Origin: an uncultured Chloroflexia bacterium
GTDB lineage: Bacteria; Chloroflexota; Limnocylindria; Limnocylindrales; CSP1-4
Reading direction: 5' to 3'
Assembly: GCA_963704325.1 (NCBI GenBank)
Contig: OY969885.1
Coordinates: forward strand, 1,868,293 to 1,932,292
DNA: 64,000 nt
Shown here: positions 49,344-62,704 of the stretch, one piece after another
Position numbering within the stretch: the stretch's first letter is position 1
How the letters are laid out: each line of letters begins with the position of its first letter
Notes under the pieces: generated by a model
What the model was told of the DNA's origin: nothing
The model's database searches: none
What the model saw: only the letters and a program-made list of their open reading frames with translations
Position numbers and translations under genes: made by a program

Positions 49344-52300
49344 GTGACCTTCGAGTTCCACGTTTCGCGCGCCGCGCGCGATCGTTACCTCTTCGACGAG
49401 GCACTGTTCAGCCTGCGCGGCAACGTCGTCTTCGCTGATTTCGCCGCCGCGCGCCGCTTCGCGCAGCAGATCAACGCGCAGCGTGACCTCACCGCAAACC
49501 CGGGCGCCGCGGCACGCGCCGGCGACATCAACGCGATGGGCCTCGTCGACGAGGTCCTCCATTTCGTGATCGAGCGCTACCGCCGAGAGCGCAACCCGGC
49601 CGCGATCTCGGGCGCCCTCGCCCAGTTGAGCGAGAACCTCGGCGCCGAAGCGCTGGACCGAACACTGGTTGCCTTTGCCGAGCAGTTCCCGGCCATCGCT
49701 GCCTACCGCGGCGAGGTCGGCGCCGCCGAGTACCTCGCCCGCGAAACGGGCGGCGTGGCCAATCGAGAGATCGCGTTGGAAGAGCTGCTCCTGGTCTGGC
49801 TGGCCAACGGCAACGCCGCGTTCACGCCCTACCGCGAGCTGTTCGACGACGAGGCCCTGGCGGGCGCGACCGACTACCGGCCGGTCATCGATCAGCTCCA
49901 GGCGTACTTCAGCGCGCAGCCCGGCTTCGGCCCGGATGACGAGGACCTGATCACCATGCTCCGCCGGCCCGGGCTGGAGGCTCCCGGCTCGCTGACCGAG
50001 CAGCTGCGCTGGATGAATGAGCGCTGGGGTTTCGCGGCGGAGAAGTTCGGCGATCGCTTGCTCGTCTCGCTCGACGTCCTGACGGAAGAGGACCGGGCGG
50101 TCTGGATGCGCTTCCACGCGACTCAGGGCGGCGCCACAGAAGCTGCTCACGCCACGGCCGATACAGCAGCCCAGCACGCTTTTGCGGACGACTATGCCGG
50201 CGGCGATGGCCTGGACCCACGCGAGGAGGTCGAGAACTTCAGCGCCGACCTGGATTGGATGCCGCGCGTCGTGCTGCTGGCCAAGAGCACCTACGTCTGG
50301 CTGGACCAGCTCTCGCGCTCGTACGGGCATCCAATCTGGCGGCTCGACCAGATACCGGACGATGAGCTGGATCGCATCGCGGCGCGCGGCTTCACCGGTT
50401 TGTGGTTGATCGGGCTGTGGGAGCGCAGCCAGGCGTCGCGCACGATCAAGCAGATGCGCGGCAACCCTGAAGCGGTCGCCTCCGCCTACTCGCTGATGGA
50501 CTACCGCATCGCGGACGACCTGGGTGGCGACGAGGCCTACCGCAACCTGCGCGACCGCGCCTGGCAGCGCGGGGTGCGGCTTGCATCCGACATGGTCCCC
50601 AACCACATGGGCGTCGACTCACGCTGGGTCGTCGAGCACCCCGACTGGTTCGTGCAGCGGCCCGATGCGCCGTACCCGGTCTACTCGTACAACGGCCCCA
50701 ACCTGGCCTCCGACGAGCGCGTCGGGATCTACATCGAGGATCACTACTTCGACAACTCGGACGCGGCGGTGACGTTCAAGGTGGTCGACCGGTGGAACGG
50801 GCAGGAACGCCACGTCTACCACGGCAATGACGGCACCTCGATGCCCTGGAACGACACGGCGCAGCTCGACTACATCAAGCCGGAGGTGCGCGAGGCGGTC
50901 ATCCAGACCATCCTCCACGTCGCGCGCCAGTTCCCGATCATCCGCTTCGACGCCGCGATGACGCTTGCCAAGCGCCACATCCAGCGCCTCTGGTACCCGG
51001 AGCCGGGATCTGCCGGTGCGATCCCTTCGCGCGCCGAATACTCGATGAGCAAGCGCGACTTCGATCGGGCGATGCCCGAGGAGTTCTGGCGCGAGGTGGT
51101 CGACCGGGTCGCTGCGGAGGCGCCCGACACGCTCCTGCTGGCTGAGGCGTTCTGGCTGATGGAGGGCTACTTCGTTCGCACCCTGGGCATGCATCGCGTC
51201 TACAACAGCGCGTTCATGCACATGATGCGCGACGAGGAGAACGCCGAGTACCGGCTGGTGATCAAGAACACGCTCGAGTTCGACCCGCAGATCCTCAAGC
51301 GCTACGTCAGCTTCATGAACAACCCCGACGAGAAGACCGCTGTCGATCAGTTCGGCAAGGGCGACAAGTACTTCGGCGTGGCCACGCTGCTGGCAACCAT
51401 GCCCGGGCTGCCCATGTTCGGCCATGGCCAGGTGGAGGGCTTTGCCGAGCGCTACGGCATGGAGTATCGCCGCGCGTACGTGGACGAGACGCCCGACGCG
51501 GAGCTCATCGCCCGCCACGAGCGCGAGATCTTCCCGCTCCTCCATCAGCGGCACCTGTTCGCGGAGGTGGACGACTTCGCGCTGTACGACTTCGTGACCG
51601 ACGACGGCGCGGTCAACGAGGACGTGTACGCGTACTCGAACCGGCGCGACGGGCAGCGCACGCTGGTCGTCTTCCACAACAGGTTTGGAGAGACGAGCGG
51701 GCGGTTGGTGACTGCGGTCGCTACCGGCCGGTCACTGGCCGATGGACTCGGCCTTGCCGCTGGCGCGGACGACTACCTCGTGATGCGTGACGAGCGCTCC
51801 GGACTGACGTACCTGCACTCCCAGCGAGCACTGGCCGAGGAAGGGTTGCGTGTCGAGCTGCGCGCCTACTCGTGCCAGGTCTATCTCGAGCTGACAGACG
51901 TGCATGACTCGGACGGTCGGATCGGCCGGCTCTTCGCGTGGCTGGCCGGCCGGGGAGTGCCATCGATCCAGGACGCGCTGCGCGACATGGAGCTGGCACC
52001 GTTCCACGACGCGTTGCGTGCCGGTGACAGGGATGCGGCGCTGCGCGAGGCGGCGACATTGCTCGGCGTGGAAGGGGCTTCGTCCACGGACAAGGGCGAA
52101 CCTGGCGAGATGGTCGACGCGATTGAGTCGCTCGTCGCGGAGCATGCAGCGACACTGGACCAAGGGCGCTGGATCGCCGAGTGGCGTGCCGATCGAGTCA
52201 TCCCCGAGCCGGAGCTGGCCGCGCTCAAACTTGACGGGACGAAGCGTGGCGGAACCAAGCGTGACGTTCGCACTCTGCTGACCGACGAGCGTTTCCGTCG

Positions 52301-52604
52301 CGCGATCGGCGTCCACGAGCAGGACGGCGTCGCCTGGTTCAATCGTGAGCGCTTCCAGAATGCGGTGAGCGCCCTGGATCTACCGCGCCCCGCCGACCTG
52401 TCTGCCGCGGCAGAACGTGCGGGCTACCGTCTCGATCGGTTGGAGCCGGAGCTGACCGGGAAGCAGCCGCCCGACGCGGCATCGGCCGCGTGGGTGTCAA
52501 CGCGCCCGGCACGGAAGCCCCCGCGGCCCAAGGGTCTGCTGCTGCCCGTCGCCAAGCCCGCCTCGCGTCGGCGCCGGCCGCCCAGCGCGTCGGACAAGAA
52601 GTGA
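49344..52604 (+). CDS. Large GH13 alpha-amylase family protein
   Basis: DMVPNH, RFDAAM, AEAFW, NNPDE. Confidence 0.9.
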   Translation: MTFEFHVSRAARDRYLFDEALFSLRGNVVFADFAAARRFAQQINAQRDLTANPGAAARAGDINAMGLVDEVLHFVIERYRRERNPAAISGALAQLSENLGAEALDRTLVAFAEQFPAIAAYRGEVGAAEYLARETGGVANREIALEELLLVWLANGNAAFTPYRELFDDEALAGATDYRPVIDQLQAYFSAQPGFGPDDEDLITMLRRPGLEAPGSLTEQLRWMNERWGFAAEKFGDRLLVSLDVLTEEDRAVWMRFHATQGGATEAAHATADTAAQHAFADDYAGGDGLDPREEVENFSADLDWMPRVVLLAKSTYVWLDQLSRSYGHPIWRLDQIPDDELDRIAARGFTGLWLIGLWERSQASRTIKQMRGNPEAVASAYSLMDYRIADDLGGDEAYRNLRDRAWQRGVRLASDMVPNHMGVDSRWVVEHPDWFVQRPDAPYPVYSYNGPNLASDERVGIYIEDHYFDNSDAAVTFKVVDRWNGQERHVYHGNDGTSMPWNDTAQLDYIKPEVREAVIQTILHVARQFPIIRFDAAMTLAKRHIQRLWYPEPGSAGAIPSRAEYSMSKRDFDRAMPEEFWREVVDRVAAEAPDTLLLAEAFWLMEGYFVRTLGMHRVYNSAFMHMMRDEENAEYRLVIKNTLEFDPQILKRYVSFMNNPDEKTAVDQFGKGDKYFGVATLLATMPGLPMFGHGQVEGFAERYGMEYRRAYVDETPDAELIARHEREIFPLLHQRHLFAEVDDFALYDFVTDDGAVNEDVYAYSNRRDGQRTLVVFHNRFGETSGRLVTAVATGRSLADGLGLAAGADDYLVMRDERSGLTYLHSQRALAEEGLRVELRAYSCQVYLELTDVHDSDGRIGRLFAWLAGRGVPSIQDALRDMELAPFHDALRAGDRDAALREAATLLGVEGASSTDKGEPGEMVDAIESLVAEHAATLDQGRWIAEWRADRVIPEPELAALKLDGTKRGGTKRDVRTLLTDERFRRAIGVHEQDGVAWFNRERFQNAVSALDLPRPADLSAAAERAGYRLDRLEPELTGKQPPDAASAAWVSTRPARKPPRPKGLLLPVAKPASRRRRPPSASDKK

Positions 52605-52811
52605 CGCGCCTCATTCGCCGCCTCACCCCGCTGGGTGTGACCGTGAGCGTGCAATTTCGCCACCGCCTGGCTCAAAGCGCCAGGCACCGTTCGTGATCGC
52701 CACGAGAACTCGCGCGCACCGGTCAAATCTGCACGCCAGCGGTCGCTTCTGCCCGCAGCGTGGCCAGAATGCACGCCCAGGCTCACATGCGGCGGCGCGG
52801 CGGTCGGCACG

Positions 52812-54791
52812 TTGATCGAGCAGGACGGCGCCGCACCACTAGGGAACGGCGAAGACGGCCGGCGGCGCGTCATCGTCGAGAACGTCCGGCCGCGCGTCGA
52901 CGGCGGACGCTTCCCGGTCAAGCGCGTCGAAGGGGATCGGCTGACCGTCCAGGCCGACGTGTTCGGTGACGGCCATGACGAGGTGCGCGTCGTCCTGCGC
53001 TGGCGCGGCCCGGATGCGGGTGACGGCCCCTGGAACGAAACCGAGATGGAGCCGCTGGGCAACGACCTGTGGCAGGCCGGCTTCACCTGCGAAAGGATCG
53101 GCCGCTACCAGTACTCCGTCAGCGGCTGGGTGGATCGGTGGCGGACGTGGGTGCACGACCTGGACAAGCGCGTCGAGGCCGGCCAGGACGTCACCGTTGA
53201 CCTGCAGATCGGCTCCGCGCTCATCGAAAGCGCCGCCGCACGTGCGTCGGCGGCAGACGCAGCGAGTCTGCATGCCGCGGCCGCCGCGCTGACCGCCGCG
53301 CGGGCGCTGGACGACGAACTGGGCGCGCTGGTCGACCGCTACCCGGATCGGGAGCTGGAGACCGAGTTGGGCGAGCCGCTCGAGGTGGTGGTCGACCCCA
53401 CTCACGCCCGATTCTCGGCGTGGTACGAGTTGTTCCCGCGGTCGACATCGCCTGACCCCAATCGGCACGGCACATTCGGCGACGTCATCAACCGGCTTGA
53501 CTACGTCGCGCGACCTGGGCTTCGACGTGCTGTACATGCCGCCCATCAGCCCGATCGGCCGCCAGTTCCGCAAGGGCGCCAACAACCAGCCGTCCACCGA
53601 GCGCGGACGATCCCGGCGTCCCGTGGGCAATCGGTGGCCCGGAGGGCGGCCACGACGCGGTCCATCCCGACCTGGGCACGCTCGCCGATTTCGACGCGCT
53701 GGTTGCAGGCGGCCGACGGCGTGACATGCGCGATCGCGCTCGACATTGCCTTCCAGGCTTCGCCCGACCATCCCTGGGTCAGCGAACACCCCGAGTGGTT
53801 CCGCGCCCGGCCCGGACGGCACGATCCAGTACGCCGAGAACCCGCCCAAGAAATACCAGGACATCTACCCGTTCGACTTCGAATCGAGCGACTGGCGCGG
53901 CCTGTGGCAGGCGCTGAACGGCGTGTTCCGCTTCTGGATCGGCCACGGCGTGACGATCTTCCGCGTCGACAACCCGCACACCAAGGCGTTCCCGTTCTGG
54001 GAGTGGTGCATCGACGACATCAAGCGCGACCATCCCGAGGCGCTCTTCCTGGCCGAGGCATTCACCCGGCCCAAGGTGATGTACCGGCTGGCCAAGGCGG
54101 GCTTCAGCCAGAGCTACACGTACTTCACCTGGCGCAACTCGGCGGCCGAGATGCGCGAGTACCTCGAGGAGCTGACCGTACCGCCGGTGAGCGACTTCTT
54201 CCGCCCCAACTTCTGGCCCAACACGCCGGACATCCTGCATGCCGATCTGCAGCGCGGCGGACGAGCCGGCATTCGAGGCGCGCTTCGTGCTGGCCGCGCT
54301 GCTCTCGTCCAGCTACGGCATCTACGGCCCGGCCTTCGAGCTCCTGCAGGGCACGCCGCGCGAGCCGAACAGCGAGGAGTACCTGGACTCGGAGAAGTAC
54401 CAGCAGCGGACGTGGAACCTGGACAGCCCGGATTCGCTGCGCGACCTCATCACGGCGGTCAACCGTGCCCGGCGCGACCATCCGGCGCTGCACGACTAAC
54501 GAGCGGCTGTGGTTCCATCCGACCGGCAACGACGATCTGCTCGCCTTCACCAAGCACAGCGAGGACCTGTCCGACATCGTGCTGACGATCGTGAACATGG
54601 ACTACCGGCGCGCGTCAGTCGGGCGTGCTCGAGCTGGACGACCTGACCGGCCTGGGACTGCCCGCCGATGAGCCGCTCGAGGCCATCGATCTGGTGCAGC
54701 GGCGCGACGTTCAGCTGGCGCGGCAAGCGCAGCGCGTGACGCTCGACCCGGCCGGCCGCTCCACGGCCGTGCTGGCGCTGCGTGCGGCTCA

Positions 54792-54795
<4 letters not shown>
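52812..54795 (+). pseudogene. glgE: Alpha-1,4-glucan:maltose-1-phosphate maltosyltransferase, multiply frameshifted as sequenced
   Basis: [43 protein letters not shown] and FWPNTPDIL are spread over three frames. Confidence 0.88.
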
Positions 54796-58204
<3,409 letters not shown>

Positions 58205-58476
58205 CAGGCCCCGCCGCCCTGCCTGATCCATGACACGCCAGGCGTATCTCCTGTCCGCCGGACGGCATACGCCGCGGCCAGCCGGGGCTCAACGCGGCGA
58301 GGCGGGCCCATCACCGGACGTTCGAACCGCCGGACGGCTCATCGGACCGATGCGCCGGGCCCCGGCGAAGGTCTCTGAGGCCAAACCGGACAGGTGATAC
58401 GTCCTGCGGGTCAAACAATGTCGCCGCGCTGGTCCTTCGCCGGTACGCTGAGGCTGATGAGCGGTCATCGGACGCC

Positions 58477-59616
58477 GTGAACGTGCCCCGCCCGATGTCC
58501 GCCGCTGCGCGCTCGGCGCTGGTCACATCCGGCATTGCCGCGCTGGCGGTTGCCGCGGCACTGGCGGCCAAGTACGGGTTGCTCGTCGTGACCGGCGAGA
58601 ACGCCGGGTTCACGATCTACATCCCGGCCGTGGCACTTGCCGCCTGGTATCGAGGCATGCTCGGCGGATCGATCGCAACGGCTCTCGCTGCACTGGCCGA
58701 CCCGGTGCTCTTTACGCCGCCACTGGCCGGGCTGGCCGTGGACGTTCGCGAATACGCCGTTCGGCTGGCGGCTTACGTGACCGGCGGCATCGCCGTCTCC
58801 TACTTCTCATTCAGGCTGCGCCGAGAGCGGGGCAGTGCCCAGCGCGATGCCGCCGAGCGCCGGCGCGCCCTGGAGGACGCGGGCGAGATGCGCGAGGAGC
58901 TGGACAGGGTCGTCGCCGCGGAGCGCCGCGCGGCCGAGCTGCGCGAGGCGTTCAACAGCATCGTCTCGCACGAGCTGCGCACGCCGATCACGGCGATCTA
59001 CGGCGGCGCCAAGATCCTTGCCCGGCGCGACCGGGTGATGGAAGACTCGACGCGTCAGGAGCTGCTTGACGACCTGGAGGAGGAGGCCGACCGGCTGTAC
59101 CGGCTGGTGGAGGACCTGCTCGTGCTGTCCCGTTCGGAGCGCGGCACGGTCGAGCGGGCGGACGACCCGGTCCTCGTGCAGCGCATCGTCGAGCGCGTCG
59201 TCCGCTCGGAGGGCGCGCGCTGGCCGGCAGTCAAATTCGAGAGCGAGCTGACCGCGGCGGCCACTGCGCGCGGCGATGAGACGTACGTGGAGCAGGTGCT
59301 GCGCAACCTGCTCAGCAACGCGGCCAAGTACAGCCCCGCCGGCTCAACGGTGCGCCTCATCGTCGACGAGACGAGCGAGGGCATTCGAGTGCGCGTGCTG
59401 GACGAGGGCGCCGGAATTAATCCGGGCGAGGCGCCGCGCCTGTTCGAGCTGTACTACCGCTCACTCGCGACGTCGGCCAAGGTGGCCGGCGCAGGCATCG
59501 GGCTGTACGTCTGCCGCGCGCTCGTGGAAGCGATGGGCGGCCGGATGTGGGCCGCCCCGCGCGCACATGGCGGGTCCGAGTTCGGCTTCATCCTGGCACG
59601 CTTCGAAGAGTCCTAG
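58477..59616 (+). CDS. Membrane sensor histidine kinase (DUF4118/KdpD-like transmembrane region), orphan
   Basis: About four transmembrane helices, SHELRTP, NLLSNAAKYS, DEGAG, GIGL. Confidence 0.9.
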   Translation: MNVPRPMSAAARSALVTSGIAALAVAAALAAKYGLLVVTGENAGFTIYIPAVALAAWYRGMLGGSIATALAALADPVLFTPPLAGLAVDVREYAVRLAAYVTGGIAVSYFSFRLRRERGSAQRDAAERRRALEDAGEMREELDRVVAAERRAAELREAFNSIVSHELRTPITAIYGGAKILARRDRVMEDSTRQELLDDLEEEADRLYRLVEDLLVLSRSERGTVERADDPVLVQRIVERVVRSEGARWPAVKFESELTAAATARGDETYVEQVLRNLLSNAAKYSPAGSTVRLIVDETSEGIRVRVLDEGAGINPGEAPRLFELYYRSLATSAKVAGAGIGLYVCRALVEAMGGRMWAAPRAHGGSEFGFILARFEES

Positions 59617-60359
59617 AACGGCGGCCACGGAACGGCCGGACGGGTCGGGCTGGGCTGCGGATAGCGTCCCCCGGCGACGAGCTCGCTCGCCCGCCGGGCA
59701 GTGGCGGCCACCTCGTCCGGCTCGAGCAGCTCGCGCAGCGCGCGGCCCAGGGCACCGTCCATCGCGTCGCAGATTGAGCGGGACACTTCGAGCAGCTCGG
59801 GCTCGATCGGATCGCCGCGCCACGCCCAGAGAACGGTGCGCAGCTTGGGGTCGGCCGAGAAGCAGATGCCGTGGTCAACGCCGAAGACGTGCCCATCGGG
59901 CGTTGGCAGCAAGTGGCTGCCCTTTCGGTCGGCGTTGTTGATCAGCGCGTCGAAGACGCACACGGCGCGCAGCCGATCGTCCGCCGCAAGAACCAGCTCG
60001 TATGCATCGACCGTTTCGTCGACCTCGATCCAGGCCTGGACCATGCCCACGCCGAACGGCCCGTCACGCAGGACGGTGGGCGGCACGATGTTCCAGCCGG
60101 TCGCCTCTGAGACGAGGTACGCGGCCAGCTCCCGGTTGGCCAGCGTTCCGTACGCAAAGTCGTCGAGTGGCCGCTCGCCGCGCGTGGGCTTGTAGATCGC
60201 GAGCTGCGCGGTCGTGTCCTGCTCGTTCTCCGGCCACGCGTCAAGGTCGTCGGCGGCGATCGGGGCAACGCGGCACAGGAAGGTCGCGTTCGACGCGTCA
60301 GTGACCCGGCCGACGATCTCCAGCTCGCCGTTGCGCAGCAGCTCGAGCGAAGCGGTCAG
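59613..60359 (-). CDS. SCO1664-family PI3/PI4-kinase-like protein
   Basis: ASNATF, YKPTRGERPL, PPTVLRDGP, NNADRKGSH, DHGICF, KLRTVLW, PWPPF. Confidence 0.88.
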   Translation of the reverse strand: MTASLELLRNGELEIVGRVTDASNATFLCRVAPIAADDLDAWPENEQDTTAQLAIYKPTRGERPLDDFAYGTLANRELAAYLVSEATGWNIVPPTVLRDGPFGVGMVQAWIEVDETVDAYELVLAADDRLRAVCVFDALINNADRKGSHLLPTPDGHVFGVDHGICFSADPKLRTVLWAWRGDPIEPELLEVSRSICDAMDGALGRALRELLEPDEVAATARRASELVAGGRYPQPSPTRPAVPWPPF

Positions 60360-60973
60360 TGGGTGTAGCCGTTGCGGCGCGGGCAGAAGTGGCCGCCCGG
60401 ATCGAGCGGTATCCCACACTGCGGGCATGGCGGGCGGCCGGCCTGGACCACGGCCAGGGCGCCGCTGGCGAATGCCAGCGCGGCGGGCGGCTCGAGCTGG
60501 ACGCGGACAACGTCGAGACCCTCGCCGACGTCCGTGGCGATGAGCAGGGGCAGTGCCGCGCCGGCCTCGACGGCGGCCTCGATGGCCGGGTCGTCCTCCT
60601 CGACCGGGTCCTCATCGTCGTCCTCATCGTCGTCCTCGTCGCCCATCTCGCGCGCCTCGATCACGACGCGGCTGCGCTCGGCGTCCCAGCCCAGGGTGAG
60701 CGTGCCAACCCGGAACTGCTCGATGATCGGCTCCGCGAGCTTCGGCGGCGCGGGCGGCAGCTCGTCGCCCACGTTCACGCCGCCCTCGCGCAGGGTGAGC
60801 AGGAGCGTGGCCATCCGTTCGGCCAGCACGGCGACCTGCGCCTTCTCCAGCGCGACCGATACGACCCGAGCTCCCTTCGCCGCCTGGAGGAAGAACGTAC
60901 GCTGGCCGGGCTCGCCGATGGCGCCACAGATAAAGCTGTCGGGCTGGTCGAAACTGAACACGCGACGCGGCAT
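60356..60973 (-). CDS. DUF3090 family protein
   Basis: GAIGEPGQRTFFLQA, LEKAQV, GRPPCPQCGIPLDPGGHFCPRRNG. Confidence 0.9.
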   Translation of the reverse strand: MPRRVFSFDQPDSFICGAIGEPGQRTFFLQAAKGARVVSVALEKAQVAVLAERMATLLLTLREGGVNVGDELPPAPPKLAEPIIEQFRVGTLTLGWDAERSRVVIEAREMGDEDDDEDDDEDPVEEDDPAIEAAVEAGAALPLLIATDVGEGLDVVRVQLEPPAALAFASGALAVVQAGRPPCPQCGIPLDPGGHFCPRRNGYTH

Positions 60974-61032
60974 GGCACTGACTCTAATACTCTTTGGCTT
61001 CCCGCCCCGCCAATCACTGGAGGTCGTTCCGC

Positions 61033-62520
61033 GTGCAGTTCCGTCCCGTGTCCTCGCTCGAAGGCGAGCCGCTGGATGCTCTGATCGTGCCCGTGTTCAA
61101 GGACGCGGACCCGGCCAGCACAGCATCAAATGACCTCCGCGAGATGGTTTCATGGGTGGCCCAGCAGGGCGGCGCCACGAAGCTGTTCACGGCCACCACG
61201 CATCTGCAGCAGGACGGTGACAACCGGCCCACGCGCCTGGTCGTGGTTGCTGCCGGGGCGCGCGACGAGCTGGACATCCAACGCTCGTGGCAGATCGTCG
61301 CTTCAGGCGTGAAGGCACTCTGGGAATCGACCGCGCGGCGTATCGGCATCGTGCTGGACATCGAGCAGCTCGGCGCGAGCGAGGCCGTCCAGAGTGCCGT
61401 GGAGGGCGTGACCTTCGCGATGTGGCGCCCGGAGGCGCATCGCTCGGGCAAGGAAGAGCGACGCCTGCCGCCGCTTGAAGAGGTCCTGCTCCTGTGCGGC
61501 GAAGAGGGTATCGAGGACGACGGGCCGGTCAAGCGCGGCACGGCCGTGGGCGAGGCAGTCAACTGGGCACGCAGGCTGTCCAATGAGCCGGGCAACCTGA
61601 TGACCCCGACTCGTGTCGCGGAAGAGGCAACCCAGATGGCCGGGCGGGTGGGGCTGGATGTCGAGGTACTCGGCGAGGAGGCGTGCCGCCAGCTGGGCAT
61701 GAACAGCTATCTGTCGGTCGCCCGCGGCAGCGACGAGGAGGCACAGTTCATCATCACCCGCTACCGCGGCCGCGAGGGCGACGGCTACGACCTCGGGCTT
61801 GTGGGCAAGGGCATCACATTCGACTCAGGCGGCATCTCGATCAAGCCGTCAGCGGACATGCACCTGATGAAGTACGACATGTCCGGCGCGGCTGTGGTTC
61901 TGGCCGCGGCGGGCGTGATCGCGCAGCTGGGGCTGCCGATCAACGTCATCACTGTCGCGCCGTGCACGGAGAACCTGCCCGGCGGCCATGCCACGAAGCC
62001 GGGCGACGTGTTCACGAGCATGAGCGGCAAGACGGTCGAGGTGATCAACACGGACGCCGAGGGCCGGCTGGTGCTGATCGACGGCGTTACCTTCGTTCAG
62101 CGCGAGGGGGCGGGGCGCGTGGTGGACGTGGCCACCCTCACCGGCGCGATCAGCATCGCCCTGGGCAACCACTACACGGGGTTGTTCGGCCGGCCGGAGG
62201 GCTTCGTTGACGCCGTCCGCCATGCCGGCGAGCTGGCCGGCGAGCGACTCTGGCCGATGCCGCTTTCGGACGAGTACCGCGACGCGGTGAAGAGCGACAT
62301 CGCCGACCTCAAGAACAGTGCCGGCCGGCCGGGCGGCGCGATCATGGGCGCCGCGTTCATTGACGCGGTGGTCGATCCGGAGACGGAGTGGGCGCACCTC
62401 GATATCGCCAGCACGGCCTGGTTCGAGGAGGATCGAGCGTTCTCGCCCAAGGGTCCGCAGGGGCCCATGGTCAGGACGATTGTCGAACTTGCCACTAACA
62501 TCGCAGCCCGCAGGGGGTAG
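61033..62520 (+). CDS. pepA: Leucyl aminopeptidase (M17)
   Basis: GKGITFDSGG, MKYDMSG, NTDAEGRL, WAHLDIA; GGAGG ribosome-binding site. Confidence 0.93.
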   Translation: MQFRPVSSLEGEPLDALIVPVFKDADPASTASNDLREMVSWVAQQGGATKLFTATTHLQQDGDNRPTRLVVVAAGARDELDIQRSWQIVASGVKALWESTARRIGIVLDIEQLGASEAVQSAVEGVTFAMWRPEAHRSGKEERRLPPLEEVLLLCGEEGIEDDGPVKRGTAVGEAVNWARRLSNEPGNLMTPTRVAEEATQMAGRVGLDVEVLGEEACRQLGMNSYLSVARGSDEEAQFIITRYRGREGDGYDLGLVGKGITFDSGGISIKPSADMHLMKYDMSGAAVVLAAAGVIAQLGLPINVITVAPCTENLPGGHATKPGDVFTSMSGKTVEVINTDAEGRLVLIDGVTFVQREGAGRVVDVATLTGAISIALGNHYTGLFGRPEGFVDAVRHAGELAGERLWPMPLSDEYRDAVKSDIADLKNSAGRPGGAIMGAAFIDAVVDPETEWAHLDIASTAWFEEDRAFSPKGPQGPMVRTIVELATNIAARRG

Positions 62521-62704
62521 GCGCGAGCACTGAGGAGCCGCGCGCAAGATCTCTTGCACAGATGAAGAAAATGCCATCAGCTGCTTGCACGGTTGCAACG
62601 CTGGTGAGCGACCATACGGCCGGCGCGGACCAACGCTGCTCATCGGCAGCCCGTTGCGGACCTCCGCCCGCCGTGAAACCAATAACGATGGGAGTGTCGT
62701 GAAC

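Noticed and set aside
49167-50606. 868-aa ORF suggesting a long N-terminal fusion to the PQQ dehydrogenase
   Set aside because: The extension is the antisense shadow of the GH13 gene; a ribosome-binding site and signal peptide support ATG 49166.
58454-58482. CTGATGAG...GAAC resembling a hammerhead ribozyme core
   Set aside because: It lacks the conserved GAAA and stems I and III; the mini-ORF explains the sequence better.
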